Assembly: GCA_013265495.1 (NCBI GenBank) | Contig: MU058045.1 | Coordinates: 717,986-781,985, forward strand | Direction of reading: 5' to 3' | Length of the DNA: 64,000 nt | Source of the DNA: Vicugna vicugna | Taxonomy: Eukaryota | In this document: positions 58,618-64,000 of the stretch, piece by piece | How positions within the stretch are numbered: the stretch's first letter is position 1 | Layout: each line of letters starts with the position of its first letter | Notes under the pieces: generated by a model | Told to the model about the DNA's origin: nothing | Seen by the model: only the letters and a program-made list of their open reading frames with translations | The model's database searches: none | Program-made: the position numbers and the translations under genes

Positions 58618-58791
58618 CAGGGATGTCAGATTAGCGAATAAAGTAAATAATAAATAGGCAATAAACAACGAACGGTGTTTGCGGTAGGAGTATGCCCTAT
58701 GGAACCTGAGGGGTGTATTTCTACTCACAAGTTATTGTTTATCTGAAATTTCAATTTAACTGAGCATCATGTCTTTTATCTGGTAACCCTA
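58618..58791. mobile_element. MER53-like hAT fossil
   Basis: Terminal inverted repeat-like ends AGGGATGTCAGAT...ATCTGGTAACCCT; TTTATCTGAAATTTCAATTTAACTG signature. Confidence 0.6.
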
Positions 58792-60363
58792 CCCCCCTGT
58801 CTCCCTCAAACCTGTATCCTTAGTACCAACATTCTCTCCTGGTTGAGGCGGGGGAGGGGTCCCTCGATCCCGCCCTTCCAACTCGAAATCTCTAAAGCCA
58901 GCTCTTTCTCTTAGCATCAGTGTCCTCTTTCAGGTTCCCCCTCAAACACACATCAGTCAGCTTCCCATCCTGCTCCTTCAGAGGAGTCCTAGTGCCATTG
59001 CTAAGTGCTAACTCCTGCTGATCCAGATGGCAATACCTACCCACAGAGGAGCCCAGCCCCCGGGACGTCCCCCTGCCAACCCACCGCCTGCAGGAGAGCT
59101 CAGACCCATCTTCCAGAGCCCCGCTGGTGATGGTGCCCTTACTCCCAACCCCTCCTGACCCGCTGACTCACCCCCTAACAATCCAAACTCCTCCGGTCTG
59201 GTCCCATCCATCGCTCACCACTCCCTCACGTACTTCAAAGCTCCTGGTAAATGAGCCACTGTGGCAGGGAGGCAAACACACTTTCCCACGTCTATCGTCC
59301 CTACCTCGACTTATTCTTCCTTCCAAGAGAAATCCACTCCCCTCCTGCTAATCACCCTAATCCTTCAAAACTGACACTTACCTCATCTTAGTCTGGCTAG
59401 AGAGCCACACAACCTTTACAGAAAGAATTTGACAATTTCAAGAAGACAGACAAGATAAGACCTTAATGATGTCCCTTTTTATAAATTCCACGCCGCGGGG
59501 TTTAGCCTAAGGTAATGAGAGATACAAGCAAAGATACCTCAATGTATTACAGCTATCAGGGGGAAACTTACTGCACACTTATATCAGATGGCCTTAAAAA
59601 TTATGCTTGAGGAGATGCTCAAGAGAAAAGGAATGATCCTGTCATTTTTAATACAAAAATATATGAGATTATTTTATGTAGATTTATAGATAGATAAAAG
59701 ACTAGAAAATATACGGTAAAATATTAACCAATGGTTTTAGAAAGATGGGACCATAGGAGATTTTTTTTCATTTTCATTTGTATATTGCAAACTTTTTTTT
59801 TTTACAATGAACACTGTTCTTTATTGGTCTTTCTCCAATTATAACAGTATCTGGCAGGTGTTTTACAGAATATTTTTTATGACTTTACCTATTGATTCTA
59901 TTATTGAAGTCCTTTGGAAGTCTATTGAAATGTGACTAGAACTGCATCACAGTTAAATGCTAACATGGGAGGGATGAATAGCAATATTTGGTATTTCTAC
60001 TCGGCAGTGTGGCACGGCTATACCTGTGTGTGTGTGTGCAAGTGTGGGTTTCTCCCTCACAACACTGATCATTTATCTGATATCTGTTATAATAAATATT
60101 CCTAGTTATTTCATATTTCTTGTTTTTAGGGATGAAATCTCATTTTTATATGTTTCTAAATTGGTCTTGCTTTTGATCTTCTATTTTGTACCTAACCCCA
60201 TTAGTGACAGCGATAATTCTAAAACATGGATTTCGAGAACCATTTAGTAATTTTCTTTCTGTTCAATATTTTTTACTCCATTTCCATTGCATGTCTTACT
60301 GTTTTGTCCAGAACTTCCAAAACACACAAATGAAGAAGGTAAACTTTTTTTTTAAATGCCTCC

Positions 60364-60994
60364 TCATATATCCAGAGAAAACTCTAATTCAAAAAGTCAC
60401 ATGCACCCCAGTGTTCACAGCAGCACTATTTATAATAGCCAAGACATGGAAACAACCTAAAAGTCCATCAACAGATGACTGGATAAAGAAGATATGGTAT
60501 ATATATATATATATATACAACAGAATACAACTCAGCCATAAAAAAAAAAGAATGAAATAATGCCATTTACAGCAAAATGGATGGACCTGGAGATCATCAT
60601 TCTAAGTGAAATAAGCCAGAATCAGAAAGAAAAATATCATATGATATCCCTTATATGTGGAATATACAAAAAAAGACACAAATGATCTTATTTATAAAAC
60701 AGAAACAGACTCAGACATAGAGAACAAACTTCTGGTTACTGGTGGGGGAAAGGAGGTGGGAAGGGATAAATTGGGAGTTCGAGAGTTGCAGATACTAACT
60801 ACTATGTATAAAATAGATAAACAACAAGTTTATACTGCATGACACAGGGAACTATGTTCAATATCTTATATTAACCTATATGAAAAAGAATATATGTACG
60901 TATATGTATGACTTTAGTATTGTGCTATACACCAGAAATTGACACAACATTGTAAACTGACTATACTTCCATTTTAAAAGGTTAAAAAAAAAGC
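60364..60994 (+). mobile_element. Young L1 3' end with TSD
   Basis: ORF2 tail (CTPVFTAALFIIAKTWKQPK), 3'UTR and A-tail; TSD AATGCCTCC at 60355-60363 and 60995-61003. Confidence 0.9.
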
Positions 60995-61898
60995 AATGCC
61001 TCCAGCATATCACTTGAGGCATCCCACATGCCTAAAATTGTTGGTCTAAAATTGATCCTCAAGCACATAAGCTAAGATAAATTCCAGATGGTGGAAATCC
61101 TTAATATAACCATAGAAGAACTAGAAGTATATAAAATAGAATGTTTCTCAAAAGGTATGAAATAAGTAAAACTTTCAGCAGGGAGAAGGAGGAGAGAGTT
61201 TGCCGAAAATGTTTGCAGCAAATATGACAAGAGTTGAGGGACTTACAGAAACAAGAAAAAAGAACATTAAGACCAAGGCAGAATGGACAGACAGACAACA
61301 TAAACAGACAACTCCAACAGCAGCTGGAATTCCTACGACTAGTAAAAAAGCATGCAAGAATCCAACACCTCACTGCTTGTAAGTAAAAACAAGACGCTAC
61401 TTCTTTTTGTTCTATAAATTAATGACAGAACATCCTGTACCCATCGCTGGTATATCTAAAATTTGATATAATTATTTCGAAAGAAATTTGTTGATAGGAG
61501 TACTAAAAATAATCAAGTCCAATAAAGTCGATTTAAAAACTAAAAAAAAAAAAAAAACAATAAATACTTAAAACTGGGATGGTGATTAACAGGTACACAT
61601 GTCAAAACCCATCAGATTCTACACATAACATTTTTACTCAGCCATGAGGAAAGAAATTCTGCCATTTGCAGCAACATGGGAGGACCATGAGGACACTGTG
61701 CTGAGTGAAATAAGACAGGAACAGACAAAGGGGGTATGATCTCTCTTATATGCAGAATCTAAAAAGCCTGAAATCAGAAAAACAGAAAGTAAAACGGTGG
61801 CTACCAGGGGCTGAGGGTGGGGGAATGGGAGAGATGTGGTTTAAGGGGACAGATTTGCAACTAGTAGATAAATGAGTCCTGGAAACAAATACATGGTC

Positions 61899-62687
61899 CA
61901 GGTGGAGGTATTGTGGGTTCGGCTCCTGACCACCGTAATAAAGCAAATATCACAAAGCGAGTTACACCAGTTTTTTGGTGTCCCAGGGCATATAAAAGTT
62001 ATGCTTACACTATGCTATAGTCTCTTAAGTGTGCAACAGCATTATGTCTAAAAAAAAAACCAATGTACACACCTTAATTAAAAAATAATTTATTGCTAAA
62101 AAATGCTAATCATCATCTGAGCCTTCAGCAAGTCTCATCTTGGTGACGTGTCAGCCTTGATGCTGATGGCTGCTGAACGATCAGGGTGCTGGCTGCTGAA
62201 GTTTGGGGCGGTTGTGGCAATTTCTTAAAATAAGACCACAGAGATGTTTCCTGCATGGATTGAGTTTTCCTTTCACTCAAACACTTAGAGGCCATTGTAG
62301 GGCTATTCACTGGCCTAACTTCAGTATTGTGTGTCTCAGGGAATAGGGAGGCCCGAGGAGAGAGAGAGAGATGGGGGGATGGCCAGTCCGCAGAGCAGTC
62401 AGAACACACACATTCATTGACTCCGTTCACCATCTTACACGGGGGCAGTTCATGACGCTCTGAAACAACTACAATAGTGACATTAAAGATCACTTTAACA
62501 AGGATAATAATCATGAAAAAGTCGGAAATACTGTGAGAATTACCAAAATGTGACACAGAGACATGAAGCGAGCAAATGCTGCTGGAAAAAATGGCACCGA
62601 TAGACTTGCCCAACGCAGGGCTGCCACAAAACCTCAGCTTGTAAAGGATGAAACGCCTGCACATTGCAATAAAGGGAGGTGTGCCTA
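61899..62687 (-). mobile_element. Internally deleted Tigger1-like element nested in an L1MA-like 3' end (about 61635-62880)
   Basis: Both Tigger1 end regions are recognisable (GGGTTCGGCTCCTGACCACCGTAATAAAGC... and ...ATGGCACCGATAGACTTGC...GCAATAAAGGGAGGTGTGCCT); L1 sequence resumes on both sides. Confidence 0.8.
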
Positions 62688-64000
62688 GGCAGTGATTATA
62701 GACAACAAAACTGAACTACAGACATTAAACTTGCTAAGAGACTAGATTGTAATTGTTCCCAACACTAGAAAAATGATAATTATGCGACAGGTCGATGTTA
62801 ACCTGCGCTACTGTCGGCAATCCTGCTGCAATACAAATGCAGGAAATCAGTACGCTGTGTACCCTGCACAGCGTCGTATCTCTAATATAACTCAATATTT
62901 TAAACTGGGTGCATTTCATTGTACATGATTTATACCTCAAAAAAGTTGATTTAAAAAGCTTTCTTGCTTTTTAGATTTATTTTAGATTATTTTTAGAAAG
63001 AAATCTAAAAATAACAAAATAGCCATCTTTGCTTTAACCATGTAATTTCACTTCAAGGAATTAAGCTTACAGAAAGGATCAGAGCTAAGGACAATGATTT
63101 AAACATAAGAATTTTCAGTGCAGCGTGATAACTGGAAAATTGTACAGTACATAAATATATCCCGAGGAATTGACGAGCTCTTTTTATGAAATATTATACA
63201 ATCATTAAAAATTAAGTTTTATAGAATATTTTAATGACCAGGAGAAAGTCTTATGTTAATACTTAAATTAAAAAAGCAGGATACAAAACTAGAACTTCCA
63301 ATTGTTTGTATATGATCTGAAGCACATCAACATGGTTATTTGGTTCTCTCTAGAGGGTGGAGTTCCAGATTTTTTTTTCACATTTTAGCACTTTCCAATT
63401 TTTTATAGTTACATACGTTTAATTACATCATTAGAAAAGCAAAATATTATGAATAATACCACAGGCAGGATTTCAAAAATGTATGTATTTACTTGCTGTT
63501 AAAACAAAAAGCAGTCCTACTGCCTGTGCAGGCCAGGTGACTTGGGGCTCAGGAAGGATGGGATACCACAAACCCATCCCATATGTGTGTCTGGGCCGGG
63601 GTAACTCACTCCAGCATGTTGGCCCCTTCTAACTTCCTCCCTTTCTGGGTTTGAACCTAACAATCCCTCTTAAAGACCAAACTCCTTTACACAATCTTAG
63701 GTGGCTTGTCCCCAGCCAATTCTCCAGCCCCTTCCCCCAGCCATATCAGCTTTCATGAATTCATCTTATCATTCATTCATTCTGCCCAGCCGGAAAGGCT
63801 TCTTGGCCCTACCCCCTCAGTGACTGACATTTTCAGTCTCAGGGTCTACAATGTATTTGCCCACCCTCCCATGTCCTTTGTTTACCCTTCATCCTTCAAA
63901 ACTCAACTCAGTGGTTACCTCTCCTGCCCTGCCTCCTCACGCCACCTCCCCTCCTGCTAGAAGTGCCCTGTATCTTTATGTTGTAGCACTTGTTATCAGT

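Noticed and set aside
60186..60560. ORFs with L1 ORF2-like peptides (also 21165-21389)
   Set aside because: They are 5'-truncated L1 fossils with no intact reverse transcriptase or endonuclease.
62125..62664. 179-aa minus-strand ORF
   Set aside because: It is a translation of the Tigger1-like terminal region, not a transposase or a host gene.
58220..64000. Search for USP43 exon 1 (Cys box) and its CpG-island promoter
   Set aside because: Not found; the region is AT-rich intron 1 filled with L1 and Tigger fragments.
1..64000. CRISPR arrays, rRNA, prokaryotic-type operons or a novel multi-gene system
   Set aside because: No regularly spaced direct repeats or unexplained conserved ORF clusters were seen; two known genes plus mammalian repeats account for the window.

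Overview
Mammalian genomic DNA, very probably from a camelid (alpaca/llama/camel), judged by four tRNA-Ala(AGC)-derived Vic-1-type SINEs. The window holds two convergent protein-coding genes. DHRS7C (+ strand) is complete: 6 coding exons from 5700 to 15917, 939 nt, 312 aa, a muscle short-chain dehydrogenase/reductase (SRP-35). USP43 (- strand) is present as coding exons 2-15 from 58219 down to 19128 (2922 nt, 973 aa plus stop); its exon 1, which carries the Cys box, lies beyond the window end. All exons were placed by hand with GT/AG boundaries, and the phases sum correctly. The rest is intron and intergenic DNA rich in L1 fragments, MIRs, MaLR and MER21-like LTRs and Tigger/hAT fossils; repeat family names come from recalled consensus sequences and their edges are approximate. 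I found no CRISPR array, rRNA, true tRNA or evidence of a new multi-gene system. The leads most worth checking are regulatory or structural: a probable non-coding 5' exon of DHRS7C under a MEF2/TATA element, a very short (about 2.5 kb) tail-to-tail gap, two candidate CTCF sites, tandem splice sites, a structured 91-nt G-rich intron, a UG repeat beside a weak donor, and a clean twin-primed inverted L1.
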